From an uncultured Alphaproteobacteria bacterium (lineage in GTDB: Bacteria; Pseudomonadota; Alphaproteobacteria; HIMB59; GCA-002718135): a stretch of 64,000 bases of DNA. The translations under genes were made by a program, and so were the position numbers. This document shows positions 21,411-31,093 of the stretch, piece by piece. How positions within the stretch are numbered: the first letter of the stretch is position 1; each line of letters starts with the position of its first letter. The stretch is from positions 8,607-72,606 of the forward strand of contig CACEPG010000002.1 in the NCBI GenBank assembly GCA_902561355.1, given 5' to 3'. The notes under the pieces are model-generated. The model searched no databases. It saw nothing but the letters and a program-made list of their open reading frames with translations, and had not been told where the DNA came from.

Positions 21411-22389
21411 TCAATTTTTAAGAAAAATAAACTATTTACGAATTTCAGTAACGGATAGATGTGATTTAAGATGTGTTTATTGTATGAAAGAAAAAATGGA
21501 ATTTCTTCCAAAAAAAGAAATACTTACATTGGAAGAAATTGAAAGATTATCTGATAATTTTATTGATTTAGGGGTTGAGAAAATAAGATTAACTGGCGGA
21601 GAACCGCTTGTGAGAAAAGATATAATTAAATTAATAGAAAAGTTAAATTATAAAAAAAATTCAACAAATTTAAAAGAAATAACTCTAACTACTAATGGTA
21701 CTTTATTAAAAAATTATTCTTATGAATTAAAACAAAATGGAGTTAACAGAATAAATGTATCTCTTGATACTATAGATGAAGATAAATATAATCAAATTAC
21801 TCGATTTGGTAAAATCAAAAATGTATTTGATGGTATTAATGAAGCAAAAAAAAACAAAATTAAAATAAAAATCAATACTGTAGTTTTTAAAAATTTTAAT
21901 GAAATGGAATTAGAAAATTTAATAGAATGGTCAAATTCAAATAATCATGATTTAACATTTATTGAGGTGATGCCGATGGATGAAACAGACTCCCCAAGAG
22001 ATTTGCAATTTGTTCCTTTAAATAAAATATATGAAAAACTTGATTTAATTTATAATTTTAAAAAAACTAATGATAATACTGGTGGACCAGCAAAATATTA
22101 TAAGAGTGATAAATTAAAAATTAAAATTGGTTTTATAACTCCTTTAACCAATAATTTTTGTGAATCCTGCAATAGAGTAAGAATATCAAGCACAGGAAAG
22201 CTTTATATGTGTCTAGGGCAAAATGATTATGTTGATTTTAGAGAAATTATGAGATCAGATAGAAGTGATGATTTTATTAAAGAAAAAATAAGGTTTGCAT
22301 TAAGCATTAAACCTAAAAAACATGATTTCATGATTAATTCTGAAATAAAACCATATATGAAGAGGCATATGAATGTGACAGGTGGTTGA
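21397..22389 (+). CDS. moaA: GTP 3',8-cyclase MoaA (radical SAM)
   Basis: Has the radical-SAM cluster CDLRCVYC, the auxiliary cluster CESCNRVRISSTGKLYMC and the C-terminal double glycine ...NVTGG. Length is 330 aa. Confidence 0.9.
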   Translation: MELVDQFLRKINYLRISVTDRCDLRCVYCMKEKMEFLPKKEILTLEEIERLSDNFIDLGVEKIRLTGGEPLVRKDIIKLIEKLNYKKNSTNLKEITLTTNGTLLKNYSYELKQNGVNRINVSLDTIDEDKYNQITRFGKIKNVFDGINEAKKNKIKIKINTVVFKNFNEMELENLIEWSNSNNHDLTFIEVMPMDETDSPRDLQFVPLNKIYEKLDLIYNFKKTNDNTGGPAKYYKSDKLKIKIGFITPLTNNFCESCNRVRISSTGKLYMCLGQNDYVDFREIMRSDRSDDFIKEKIRFALSIKPKKHDFMINSEIKPYMKRHMNVTGG

Positions 22390-23147
22390 TGAAATTTTAT
22401 TTTACTTCTTCTAATTCACCTGATGCCATTAAAGCAAAAAATAAATTTATTAAAAGGTATGGTCAAGCTAATGCTAAAAATGCTGATTATTTAATTCCAA
22501 TTGGAGGTGATGGATTTTTATTAAAATCTCTTCATGATTTTAGTAATTTAAACAAACCTTTTTTTGGAATTAATTATGGCTCAGTAGGATTTTTAATGAA
22601 TACAATAAAAAAAGAAAACATTAACAAAGTTATTAAAAATGCAAAAAAAACAGAATTTAAACCACTAAAAATGGAAGCTACAAATTTAAGTGGTAAAAAA
22701 TTTAAATCAATTGCATACAATGAAGTGTCTTTAATGCGGCAAACGCACCTTGCAACAAAGGTACAAATAAAAATTAATAAAATTATAAGAATGAAAGAAT
22801 TAATTTGTGATGGTGTTTTAGTTGCAACATCAGCAGGTAGTACTGCTTATAATCTTTCAGCACATGGAAGTATACTACCTTTAAATTCTAAATTATTAGC
22901 TTTAACACCTGTGAGTGCTTTTAGACCTAGAAGATGGAAAGGAGCCTTAATAAATGAAAGTAATTCTATAGAATTTAAAGTTATTTATAGCAGAGAAAGG
23001 CCTGCTAGTGTTACTGCAGATAATATTGAATTTAGAAATATAAAATATGTTAAAGTATATTCCACAAAAGAAAAAAGTTGTGAGGTTTTATTTGATAGTA
23101 ATCATTCAATGGAAGATAAAATATTAAATGAGCAATTTGATTTTTAG
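22386..23147 (+). CDS. nadK: NAD kinase
   Basis: Carries IGGDGFLL and ATSAGSTAYNLSAHG. It is 253 aa and has an ATGA-type overlap with moaA. Confidence 0.85.
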   Translation: MMKFYFTSSNSPDAIKAKNKFIKRYGQANAKNADYLIPIGGDGFLLKSLHDFSNLNKPFFGINYGSVGFLMNTIKKENINKVIKNAKKTEFKPLKMEATNLSGKKFKSIAYNEVSLMRQTHLATKVQIKINKIIRMKELICDGVLVATSAGSTAYNLSAHGSILPLNSKLLALTPVSAFRPRRWKGALINESNSIEFKVIYSRERPASVTADNIEFRNIKYVKVYSTKEKSCEVLFDSNHSMEDKILNEQFDF

Positions 23148-23518
23148 TCTATTGAATATACAGTAATTTTATTTCCATCTAAATCTCTTATGTAGCAATA
23201 ATAATCTTTTCCGTGTCTAGGTCCGGGCAGACCTTCATTTACTGCTCCATTATTTAATGCATTTTGATGAAATTCATCAACCTTTGCTTTTGAATTCGCT
23301 AACAATCCAACCATTGTGCCATTACCATTAGTTGCTTTATTTTTATCATAAGGAATTGTAATATAAAGAGAGATATTTTTTTGATCATTTTTTTTTGCAT
23401 ATCCAACATATCTTTCTGTTTCTAAAACCCTAACTATATCTAGAGGTGAAAGAATTGCATCGTAAAATTTTGAAGATAAAAAAAGATTATTGGTACCTAG
23501 CATTAAAAAATTTATCAT
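23144..23518 (-). CDS. VOC (glyoxalase/bleomycin-resistance) family protein
   Basis: 124 aa with a paired beta-alpha-beta-beta-beta pattern and the C-terminal string YYCYIRDLDGNKITVY, which is typical of VOC proteins. Confidence 0.6.
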   Translation of the reverse strand: MINFLMLGTNNLFLSSKFYDAILSPLDIVRVLETERYVGYAKKNDQKNISLYITIPYDKNKATNGNGTMVGLLANSKAKVDEFHQNALNNGAVNEGLPGPRHGKDYYCYIRDLDGNKITVYSID

Positions 23519-23541
23519 AAAAATAATATCATTAAATTAAT

Positions 23542-23626
23542 TGGTAGCCTCGGCCGGACTTGAACCGGCACTCCCAAAAGGGCAAGGATTTTAAGTCCTT
23601 TGTGTCTACCATTCCACCACGAGGCC
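23542..23626 (-). tRNA. tRNA-Leu (anticodon UAA), CCA encoded
   Basis: The minus strand reads GGCCTCGTGGTGGAATGGTAGACACAAAGGACTTAAAATCCTTGCCCTTTTGGGAGTGCCGGTTCAAGTCCGGCCGAGGCTACCA. It has a 7-bp acceptor stem, the anticodon loop CUUAAAA, a long variable arm and a GGTTCAAGTCC T-arm. Confidence 0.9.
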
Positions 23627-23642
23627 AATTAAAAATCTATTA

Positions 23643-24389
23643 TCAGACTACTAAACTTTTTCCACTATTTAATTGAATCATTTCTATAATATCCTTTTCT
23701 ACAGGTTTAAGAGAATTCATATTCCAAGATGATATAACAATATTGACGCCCCCAATTTTAGAAACAAAATTAAAATATGGATAACTACCAATTGAACAAT
23801 CTTTATATTTTTTTTGAATATCATTTAAAAAAGAAGCTATTTTACTTTCATATAAGTCTGTATTAATTGTTGTAATTAGCTTAGGTTTACCTTTTTGAAT
23901 ATTATTTAAGATTTCTAAAAACATTTTTTCCATTATTTTAGGAACTCCAGGTAGAACAAAAACATTTTTAATTTTAAAACCAGGTGCTACTGTAACTGGA
24001 TTGTATATTAATTCTGCTCCTTCAGGCATAATTGTCATTTTTTGTCTACTTTTATTGAATTGACCTTTTGGATAATATTTTTCTAAGATTTTATATGCCT
24101 CATTATTAACTTCTAGTTTTTTTTTAAAAGCTGAAGCAACACTCTCTGATGTAATATCATCATGTGTTGGACCTATTCCACCAGTTGTAAATACATAATT
24201 ATATTTATTGCTAAAATTTAATACAGATTTTTCAATAATTGTTAATTTATCTTGAATTATTTTTATTTCTTCAAGTTTTATTCCATTTTTAATTAAATTT
24301 TTCGCTATAAAATTTGAGTTAGTATCATATGTTCTGCCAGACAATATCTCATCTCCTATCACTAATATTCCTGCAGTAATCAATTTCAT
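23643..24389 (-). CDS. CinA-like molybdopterin-binding (MoCF-biosynthesis) domain protein
   Basis: The N-terminus MKLITAGILVIGDEILSGRTYDTNS and the string TTGGIGPTHDDIT mark the CinA N-terminal domain type. Length is 248 aa. Confidence 0.7.
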   Translation of the reverse strand: MKLITAGILVIGDEILSGRTYDTNSNFIAKNLIKNGIKLEEIKIIQDKLTIIEKSVLNFSNKYNYVFTTGGIGPTHDDITSESVASAFKKKLEVNNEAYKILEKYYPKGQFNKSRQKMTIMPEGAELIYNPVTVAPGFKIKNVFVLPGVPKIMEKMFLEILNNIQKGKPKLITTINTDLYESKIASFLNDIQKKYKDCSIGSYPYFNFVSKIGGVNIVISSWNMNSLKPVEKDIIEMIQLNSGKSLVV

Positions 24390-24465
24390 TAAATATTCTT
24401 TTTTAAATAAATCATAATTATTCTGTCTTTTAATAAATAAAAATATTATTATAAGTTAATAATTA

Positions 24466-25260
24466 ATGAAATCTAATAATATTCCTATAAATAAAAAAGA
24501 AGATTTTTTTAAGATGCGGAATGCTGGACATCTTGCAGCAAAAATTCTTGATAATTTATTTGATTTAATTGAACCAGGAATTAGTACTTTAGAAATTAAT
24601 GATTATTGTCATAGTTTGATTATTAAAAATAAAGCTATACCCGCTCCTTTAAATTATAAAGGTTTCCCAAAATCAGTTTGTACATCTGTAAATCATGTTG
24701 TTTGTCATGGCATACCCTCTGAAAATAAAATTCTTAATAATGGAGACATTATTAACGTTGATGTAACTGTTATTTTGGATGGTTGGTATGGAGATAGCTC
24801 TAGAATGTATGTAGCAGGAAAAGTTAATAAAAAAAATTATGATTTACTTAAAACAACTTATGAGTGTCTTCTTATAGGTATTGAAGAAGCCAAACCTGGT
24901 AAGCATTTAAGTGATATTGGATTTAAAATTCAAGAACATGCAGAAAGTAAAAATTATTCTGTTGTAAGAGATTTCTGTGGACACGGAATTGGTAAAGAAT
25001 TTCATACCCCACCAAGTGTTCTTCATTATGGAAATGTTGGAGATGGCCCCGAACTACTTCCAGGAATGTTTTTTACTATTGAACCAATGATAAATTTAGG
25101 TGATTGGAAAGTTAAAATCTTAAAAGATGGATGGACTGCTGTAACTAAAGATAAGTCATATTCAGCTCAATTTGAACATACTATTGGTATAACAGAAAGT
25201 GGGAATGAAATATTTACTCTTTCTCAAAATAATACTGATTTTCCAATAAAAGAAATATAA
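24466..25260 (+). CDS. map: type I methionine aminopeptidase
   Basis: The metal-ligand context is present: VCHGIP, DVTVILDGWYGD, FCGHGIG, FTIEPM and FEHT. Confidence 0.9.
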   Translation: MKSNNIPINKKEDFFKMRNAGHLAAKILDNLFDLIEPGISTLEINDYCHSLIIKNKAIPAPLNYKGFPKSVCTSVNHVVCHGIPSENKILNNGDIINVDVTVILDGWYGDSSRMYVAGKVNKKNYDLLKTTYECLLIGIEEAKPGKHLSDIGFKIQEHAESKNYSVVRDFCGHGIGKEFHTPPSVLHYGNVGDGPELLPGMFFTIEPMINLGDWKVKILKDGWTAVTKDKSYSAQFEHTIGITESGNEIFTLSQNNTDFPIKEI

Positions 25261-25269
25261 AAAGAATAT

Positions 25270-26562
25270 ATGATTCCAAGATACAATCGTCCTAAAATAG
25301 AACAAATATGGTCAAGTAATTACAAGTTTAAAATATGGACTGAAATTGAATGTCTGATAGCTGAACAATTAGCTAAATTAAAAGTAATACCTTTAAAAGC
25401 TGCTAAAGATATTAGGAAAAGAGCTAGATTTGATGTTGATGAAATAAACAAAATTGAGAAAAAAACCAAACATGATGTTATTGCATATATAAATAATGTT
25501 AGCGTACATATAGGTGAATCTTCAAAATATTTTCATCATGGTGTCACATCTAGTGATATTATTGATACAAGTTTTTCTATTCAACTTAAAAAAACTGCAG
25601 AAATAATTAAGAAGCAATTAATTACTTTAATTAATACACTTAAAAAACAAAGCATAAAACATAAAGATCATTACATGATAGGTAGAAGTCATGGAATACA
25701 TGCTGAACCAATAACTTTTGGTTTAAAATTAAGTTCATTTTATTTTGAATTTAAAAGAAACCTTAATAGATTAGAGCAAGCAATAAAAGAAATTTCAGTA
25801 TGTGCAATTTCTGGTCCAGTGGGAACGTATAATTCTATTGATCCTAGTGTTGAAAAATTTGTTGCAAAAAAATTAGGTCTGAATACTGAGGATATATCAA
25901 CACAAGTAATTCCAAGAGATAGACATGCTTTCTTTTTTTCAGTATTAGGAATTATTGCTTCCTCCGTAGAAAGACTAGCAATAGAGATTAGGCACTTACA
26001 AAGAACTGAAATAATTGAAGTAGAAGAATATTTTGATAAAAATCAAAAAGGATCTTCAGCAATGCCTCACAAGAGAAATCCAGTTTTAAGTGAAAATTTA
26101 ACAGGCATAGCTAGATACATAAGAAGTGGAGTTATTCCTTCTCTTGAAAATATAGCTTTATGGCATGAAAGAGATATTAGTCACAGTAGTGTTGAAAGAA
26201 TACTTGCTCCTGACATAACCATAGCATTAGATTTTGCTTTAAACAGACTCGATAATATCATTAAAAATTTAGTTGTTTATCCTAAAAACATGGAAAAAAA
26301 TCTAAACCTTTTGGGAGGACTAGACAAAAGTCAGGATTTGTTATTATCTTTAACTAAAAAAGGTGTTTCTAGGCAAAAAGCATATTCAATAATTCAAAAA
26401 TGCGCTATGGCATCTTGGAATAATAAAAATAATTTTGAAGAAATATTATTAAAAAACAAAGAATTTAGAAAATATATATCAGAAAATGAACTGAAAAAAA
26501 TCATGATTAAAAATAATAAGATTGAAAAAATAGCGTGGATTTTTAAAAATAAAGTCAAATAG
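25270..26562 (+). CDS. purB: adenylosuccinate lyase
   Basis: Has the fumarate-lyase signature GSSAMPHKRNP and the string HHGVTSSDIIDT. Length is 430 aa. Confidence 0.9.
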   Translation: MIPRYNRPKIEQIWSSNYKFKIWTEIECLIAEQLAKLKVIPLKAAKDIRKRARFDVDEINKIEKKTKHDVIAYINNVSVHIGESSKYFHHGVTSSDIIDTSFSIQLKKTAEIIKKQLITLINTLKKQSIKHKDHYMIGRSHGIHAEPITFGLKLSSFYFEFKRNLNRLEQAIKEISVCAISGPVGTYNSIDPSVEKFVAKKLGLNTEDISTQVIPRDRHAFFFSVLGIIASSVERLAIEIRHLQRTEIIEVEEYFDKNQKGSSAMPHKRNPVLSENLTGIARYIRSGVIPSLENIALWHERDISHSSVERILAPDITIALDFALNRLDNIIKNLVVYPKNMEKNLNLLGGLDKSQDLLLSLTKKGVSRQKAYSIIQKCAMASWNNKNNFEEILLKNKEFRKYISENELKKIMIKNNKIEKIAWIFKNKVK

Positions 26563-26599
26563 TCTTTATTTTTTAATATTTCTAAACTATTTAGTTATT

Positions 26600-26830
26600 A
26601 TGCCTATTAGCCAAAAACAACTAGAAAAGTTAATTAAAGAATCAATACCAGACTGCAAAATTATAATAAATGATTTAAAAGGAGATGGTGATCATTATAG
26701 TGCTACTGTAATATCAAAAACCTTTGTAGGAAAAACTAGAGTAGAACAACATAAAATGGTTTATGATGCTCTAAAAGGTGGTATGGGCAGTGAACTTCAC
26801 GCACTTATGCTTAAAACTAAATCGGAGTAA
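26600..26830 (+). CDS. BolA-family protein
   Basis: 76 aa with the string GDGDHYSATVISKTFVGKTRVEQHKMVY. It lies directly upstream of a monothiol glutaredoxin, the classic BolA-Grx pairing. Confidence 0.8.
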   Translation: MPISQKQLEKLIKESIPDCKIIINDLKGDGDHYSATVISKTFVGKTRVEQHKMVYDALKGGMGSELHALMLKTKSE

Positions 26831-26832
26831 TT

Positions 26833-27180
26833 ATGGAAGAAAATAAATTTATAGATGTAACTGAAAGTATAAATAATGAGATAAAATCAAATGATATTGT
26901 TTTGTTTATGAAAGGAACACCAGTTTTTCCGATGTGCGGTTTTTCAGCTGCAGTTGTGCAAATATTGTCTGATTTAGGTGTAAAATTTAATAGTGTTAAT
27001 GTCTTAGATAGTAATGAAATGAGAGAAGGTATAAAAAAATTTTCTAATTGGCCCACAATTCCACAACTTTACATTAAAGAAGAATTCGTTGGTGGCTGTG
27101 ATATTGTAAAAGAAATGCATGAAAGTGGAGAGCTTTTGGAGTTATTAAATACTAAAGGTATTAACGTTAAACCAATCTAA
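26833..27180 (+). CDS. grxD: monothiol glutaredoxin (Grx4 family)
   Basis: Has the CGFS active site in FMKGTPVFPMCGFS and the string WPTIPQLYIKEEFVGGCDI. Confidence 0.9.
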   Translation: MEENKFIDVTESINNEIKSNDIVLFMKGTPVFPMCGFSAAVVQILSDLGVKFNSVNVLDSNEMREGIKKFSNWPTIPQLYIKEEFVGGCDIVKEMHESGELLELLNTKGINVKPI

Positions 27181-27182
27181 TT

Positions 27183-28076
27183 TTGAAATTAAATTCTTTT
27201 TACAAAGGAACTTTTTATATTTGTCTAGCCTCAGTTTTTTGGGGGATGCCACAACCATTAATTTTCAATGAAATAAAATATGTTCCCCCTTTAGAAGTTG
27301 CTTTTCATAGAGGTTTATGGTCTTTCATTTTCCTTTTTATAATTTTATTATTTTTTACTAAAATAAAAGATTTTCTTAAAATTTTTAATTCCAAAAAAAA
27401 TATAATAATTTTATCAATTACAGCTTCATTAATTACTATAAATTGGACGGGGTTTATATTTGCAGTAAGCATTAACAAAGTTCAAGATGCATCAATGGGA
27501 TATTTTATTACACCAATGATAAGCATTCTTTTAGGCTATTATTTTTTGAATGAAAAAATTAATTTACTTAAATTTATCTCAGTTTTATTAATGTTAATTT
27601 CAATAATTTTTTTATTCTTTAACATGAAATCCTACCCGTATATTGCATTATTAATTGGTACTACATGGGCTATATATGGACTTTTAAGGAAACAAATTAA
27701 TGTAAGTCCTGCTGTAGGTCTTTTTTATGAATGCTTTGTAATTTCTTTGATTTCTTTCCCATATTTATTTTACATTTATTTTAAGGGATTAGGATTTTTT
27801 TTAAATTATAATTCTTATACTACTATTTTTTTAATACTGACTGGTGCTGTAACAATATTTCCTTTATTTTTTTTTAATCTTGGAATCAAACATATTTCTT
27901 TGGGTTACGCAGGGGTTCTTTTTTATTTAGCTCCTACCTTTCATTTTGTAACTTCGGTTTTTATTTTAAATGAAGAACTGCAATTAGTTAAATTAATATC
28001 ATTCTTAATTATATGGATAGGAATTATTATATTTATAATTGATGTAATTATAAAAGAAGAAAATTATCTCGAATAA
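27183..28076 (+). CDS. rarD: EamA/RarD-family 10-TM transporter
   Basis: 297 aa with ten hydrophobic helices in two EamA-like halves and an N-terminus of the type G..Y....VFWG..P. It uses a TTG start. This is a family-level call. Confidence 0.6.
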   Translation: MKLNSFYKGTFYICLASVFWGMPQPLIFNEIKYVPPLEVAFHRGLWSFIFLFIILLFFTKIKDFLKIFNSKKNIIILSITASLITINWTGFIFAVSINKVQDASMGYFITPMISILLGYYFLNEKINLLKFISVLLMLISIIFLFFNMKSYPYIALLIGTTWAIYGLLRKQINVSPAVGLFYECFVISLISFPYLFYIYFKGLGFFLNYNSYTTIFLILTGAVTIFPLFFFNLGIKHISLGYAGVLFYLAPTFHFVTSVFILNEELQLVKLISFLIIWIGIIIFIIDVIIKEENYLE

Positions 28077-28684
28077 TACTCAATTACTAAATTAGGTTCC
28101 ATTGTAACTGGATAAGGGACATCATGCATTAGTGGTGCACGCAAAAATCTTCCTTTAAATTCCTTAATATCCACTTCTATGTATTCAGGTATTTCTCTTT
28201 CCTGTGACACAATAGATTCTTGAACCAAATTTATTTCTTTACTTTGATCTTTTAAAGATATTTCATCTCCATCTTTAACACTGTAAGAAGGTATATTGAC
28301 TCTTCTTCCGTTAACTTTTACATGTCCATGATTTACTAATTGTCTAGCTGCAAAAATCGTGGGAACAAACTTCATTCTATATACAATAGCATCCAATCTT
28401 CTTTCAAGAAGTTCGATAAGTATTTGGCTTGTATCTCCTCTAATATTTGATGCCTTGTGATAAATTCTTCTAAATTGTTTTTCAGTAAGGTCGCCATAGT
28501 AAAATTTTAGCTTTTGTTTAGCAAATAGTTGATTTCCATAGTCTGAAAGTTTTTTTCTTTGACTCATTGCTCCATGCTGTCCAGGTCTTGAATTTCTTTT
28601 ATTATATGGACTTTTAGGTCTACCCCACAAATTACAACCAAGTCTTCTATCTATCTTGTATTTAGCTGAACTTCTTTTAGTCAT
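28064..28684 (-). CDS. rpsD: 30S ribosomal protein S4
   Basis: Has [26 protein letters not shown] and the S4 RNA-binding domain string [39 protein letters not shown]. Confidence 0.95.
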   Translation of the reverse strand: MTKRSSAKYKIDRRLGCNLWGRPKSPYNKRNSRPGQHGAMSQRKKLSDYGNQLFAKQKLKFYYGDLTEKQFRRIYHKASNIRGDTSQILIELLERRLDAIVYRMKFVPTIFAARQLVNHGHVKVNGRRVNIPSYSVKDGDEISLKDQSKEINLVQESIVSQEREIPEYIEVDIKEFKGRFLRAPLMHDVPYPVTMEPNLVIEYYSR

Positions 28685-28695
28685 GTTTTACGGGG

Positions 28696-28723
28696 TATAT
28701 AGACATAAAATTATTGATGTCAA
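28696..28723 (-). promoter_or_regulatory. candidate sigma70-type promoter of rpsD
   Basis: The minus strand reads TTGACA (28723-28718), then a 16-nt spacer, then TATATA (28701-28696). The -10 element ends 12 nt before the rpsD ATG, so the leader would be very short. Confidence 0.45.
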
Positions 28724-28746
28724 ATTGAATATTATCCATTTTTGGC

Positions 28747-29467
28747 TTATTTTCGAAGTTTTTTTAACATTCCCCATAACATATTAAGCTCTTTTTTTGA
28801 TAAATCAGCTTTTGAATATATAGAAAAAATATTGTTAATCATACTTTCTCTTTTTTCGATAGGGTAAAAAAAATTACTTTTATCCAAATTCTCTATTAAA
28901 AATTTCATGTATTCAGAAATTTCATATTTAGAAGCTTGTTCTTTTGAATTTATATTAGTTGCTTTTTTTAAATTTTTTATCATTAATTTTTTTTTCATTT
29001 AATTTATACGTTATTATTGAAACTGCATGTGATAAATTTAAAGATTTGTTAGAGCCAAATGTAGGAATAGTAAATATATAATCAGCTAATCTCAATTCAT
29101 TATTAGTTAACCCAGAATTCTCTGGACCAAATAATATTGCTGATTTTTTTTCATCTATTAATATTTGATTAAATTTTAAAAAATTATTAAATGTTCTTTT
29201 TTGTAAATGTCGACTTCTATTACTAGTTGCAATAACTAAATTGAATTTTTTTAAAGCTTCTTCAATATTAAAATATAATTTTGTATTTTCTATAATTTTT
29301 TTTGCATGTTTTGATGCTTGTAATGATTTTTTATTTGGCCATTTTTCTCTTGGTAAAACTAATATTAAATTCTTAAATCCAAAATTATCCATTGTTCTAG
29401 CAACCATCCCTATATTTTCAGGTAGTTGCGGTCTGACTAATACAATAGTGGTTTTATTAAGAATCAA
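28747..29467 (-). pseudogene. TrmJ-like SPOUT (TrmH group 1) tRNA/rRNA 2'-O-methyltransferase, reading frame split in an A-rich tract
   Basis: ORF 28955-29467 (170 aa) is a complete SpoU catalytic domain, with LVRPQLPENIGMVARTM and FGPENSGL. ORF 28747-28998 (83 aa, shifted one frame) carries a TrmJ-type C-terminal extension (...LSKKELNMLWGMLKKL). The two frames exchange within 28958-28998, which contains A9, A6 and A7 runs. Confidence 0.6.
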
Positions 29468-29472
29468 GATTT

Positions 29473-31056
29473 TTATCTCAAATCATTAAATAACTTATAA
29501 GTTATACTATCATAAATTGCATTGTACGATGCATCAATTATATTTGAAGATACACCTACTGTTGTCCAATGTATGTTAGAGTTATCAGTTGACTCTATCA
29601 ATACTCTTGTAATAGCGCCAGTACCTTTTTCTGATGATAAAATCATTACTTTATAATCAGTCAATTTAAGATCAACTAATGTTGGATAAAAATTTACAAG
29701 TGCTTGACGTAAAGCACTATCAATTGCGTTTACAGGTCCATTACCAACACCAACAGTCATTTTTTCTTGTTTTTTAACAGTTAAATATACAGTTGCTTCT
29801 GAATCTGTAACTAAATTTCCTTTTGCATTCCATCTTCTTTCATCTGTTACTCGAAATTTTGTTAAATTAAAAAAATCATTTAAACTTCCTAAATGCCTTC
29901 TGACCAATAGTTCAAAACTTGCCAATGCTGTATCATAAGAAAAACCTTCAGATTCTTTTTGTTTAATTACATCTAATATTTCATTAATTTTTTCATCATC
30001 TATTTCAATTGAAAGTTTTTTAAGTTGACTTTGTAGATTAGCCTTTCCGGCTTGATCCGACACTATTACGTTTCTTGAATTACCTACTAGTTCAGGTTTT
30101 ATATGTTCATAAGTAACTGGATTTTTAGCCACTGCAGAAGCATGCAATCCTCCCTTATGTGAAAAAGCGTTCTCACCAACATATGCTGCATTTTTTGAGT
30201 TAGGTCTATTTAAAAGATTATTTAATAATTTTGATATTTTGGTAATAAACTGTAATTTATTCAAATCTATGCTAGTTTCATATTTGGTTTTTAAAATTAA
30301 TGTAGGTATTAATGAAGTTAAGTTCGTGTTCCCACATCTTTCACCAAGTCCATTTATTGTTCCTTGTACTTGTCTAACACCTGCATAAATTGCTGCTAAA
30401 GCATTAGCTACTCCATTTTCGGTATCATTATGTGCATGAATACCTAAATTTTTTCCTGGAATTACTTTAATCACTTCCTCAATTATACTTTTGATTTCGT
30501 GTGGTAATGTTCCTCCATTAGTATCACAAAGAACTACCCATCTAGCACCAGATTTGTATGCTTCTTCTATACATTTTAATGAATATTCTTTATTTTGTTT
30601 AAATCCATCAAAAAAATGTTCAGCGTCAAATATTGCTTCTTTATTTTTATTTTTGATATATAAAATGCTATCCTTAATCATTGAAAGATTTTCTTCTTCA
30701 GAAATCCCGAGAGCATTCTCAACATGAAAAGATGAAGATTTACCTACTATGCAAATTGTTGAAGCTTGACTATTTGTTAATGAATTCAGACCAGGGTCAT
30801 TTTCTGCACTTCTACCTGGACGTCTAGTCATACCAAATGCAGTAAATTTAGCATTATTAAAATTTAAATTTCTAGAAAAAAAATCATTATCAGTTGGATT
30901 TGCCCCAGGCCATCCTCCTTCCACGTAATCTATACCTAATTCATCTAAGTTTTGAGAAATAATCATTTTATCACTAACAGAAAAATTCACACCTGTTGTT
31001 TGCTGACCATCTCGCAACGTTGTATCAAATAAATAAATTTTTTCTTCTTTTTCCAT
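29473..31056 (-). CDS. cimA: (R)-citramalate synthase (LeuA-family, CimA type)
   Basis: 527 aa with the N-terminus IYLFDTTLRDGQQTTGVNFS, the string GIHAHNDTENGVANAL and a C-terminal LeuA-dimer-type regulatory domain. Confidence 0.8.
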   Translation of the reverse strand: MEKEEKIYLFDTTLRDGQQTTGVNFSVSDKMIISQNLDELGIDYVEGGWPGANPTDNDFFSRNLNFNNAKFTAFGMTRRPGRSAENDPGLNSLTNSQASTICIVGKSSSFHVENALGISEEENLSMIKDSILYIKNKNKEAIFDAEHFFDGFKQNKEYSLKCIEEAYKSGARWVVLCDTNGGTLPHEIKSIIEEVIKVIPGKNLGIHAHNDTENGVANALAAIYAGVRQVQGTINGLGERCGNTNLTSLIPTLILKTKYETSIDLNKLQFITKISKLLNNLLNRPNSKNAAYVGENAFSHKGGLHASAVAKNPVTYEHIKPELVGNSRNVIVSDQAGKANLQSQLKKLSIEIDDEKINEILDVIKQKESEGFSYDTALASFELLVRRHLGSLNDFFNLTKFRVTDERRWNAKGNLVTDSEATVYLTVKKQEKMTVGVGNGPVNAIDSALRQALVNFYPTLVDLKLTDYKVMILSSEKGTGAITRVLIESTDNSNIHWTTVGVSSNIIDASYNAIYDSITYKLFNDLR

Positions 31057-31093
31057 AATTATATTGGGGTATTAGAGTAATAATTATATTTTA

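Noticed and set aside
21397-22389. moaA without neighbouring moaB/C/D/E or a molybdoenzyme gene
   Set aside because: The gene is intact, with both Fe-S clusters and the GG tail. Moco genes are often scattered, so absence from a 64-kb window says nothing about the genome.
23519-23642. tRNA-Leu as a possible integration hotspot or genomic-island boundary
   Set aside because: There is no integrase, no direct repeat of the tRNA 3' end, and no compositional break. The flanking genes (VOC protein, CinA-like) look like ordinary chromosomal genes.
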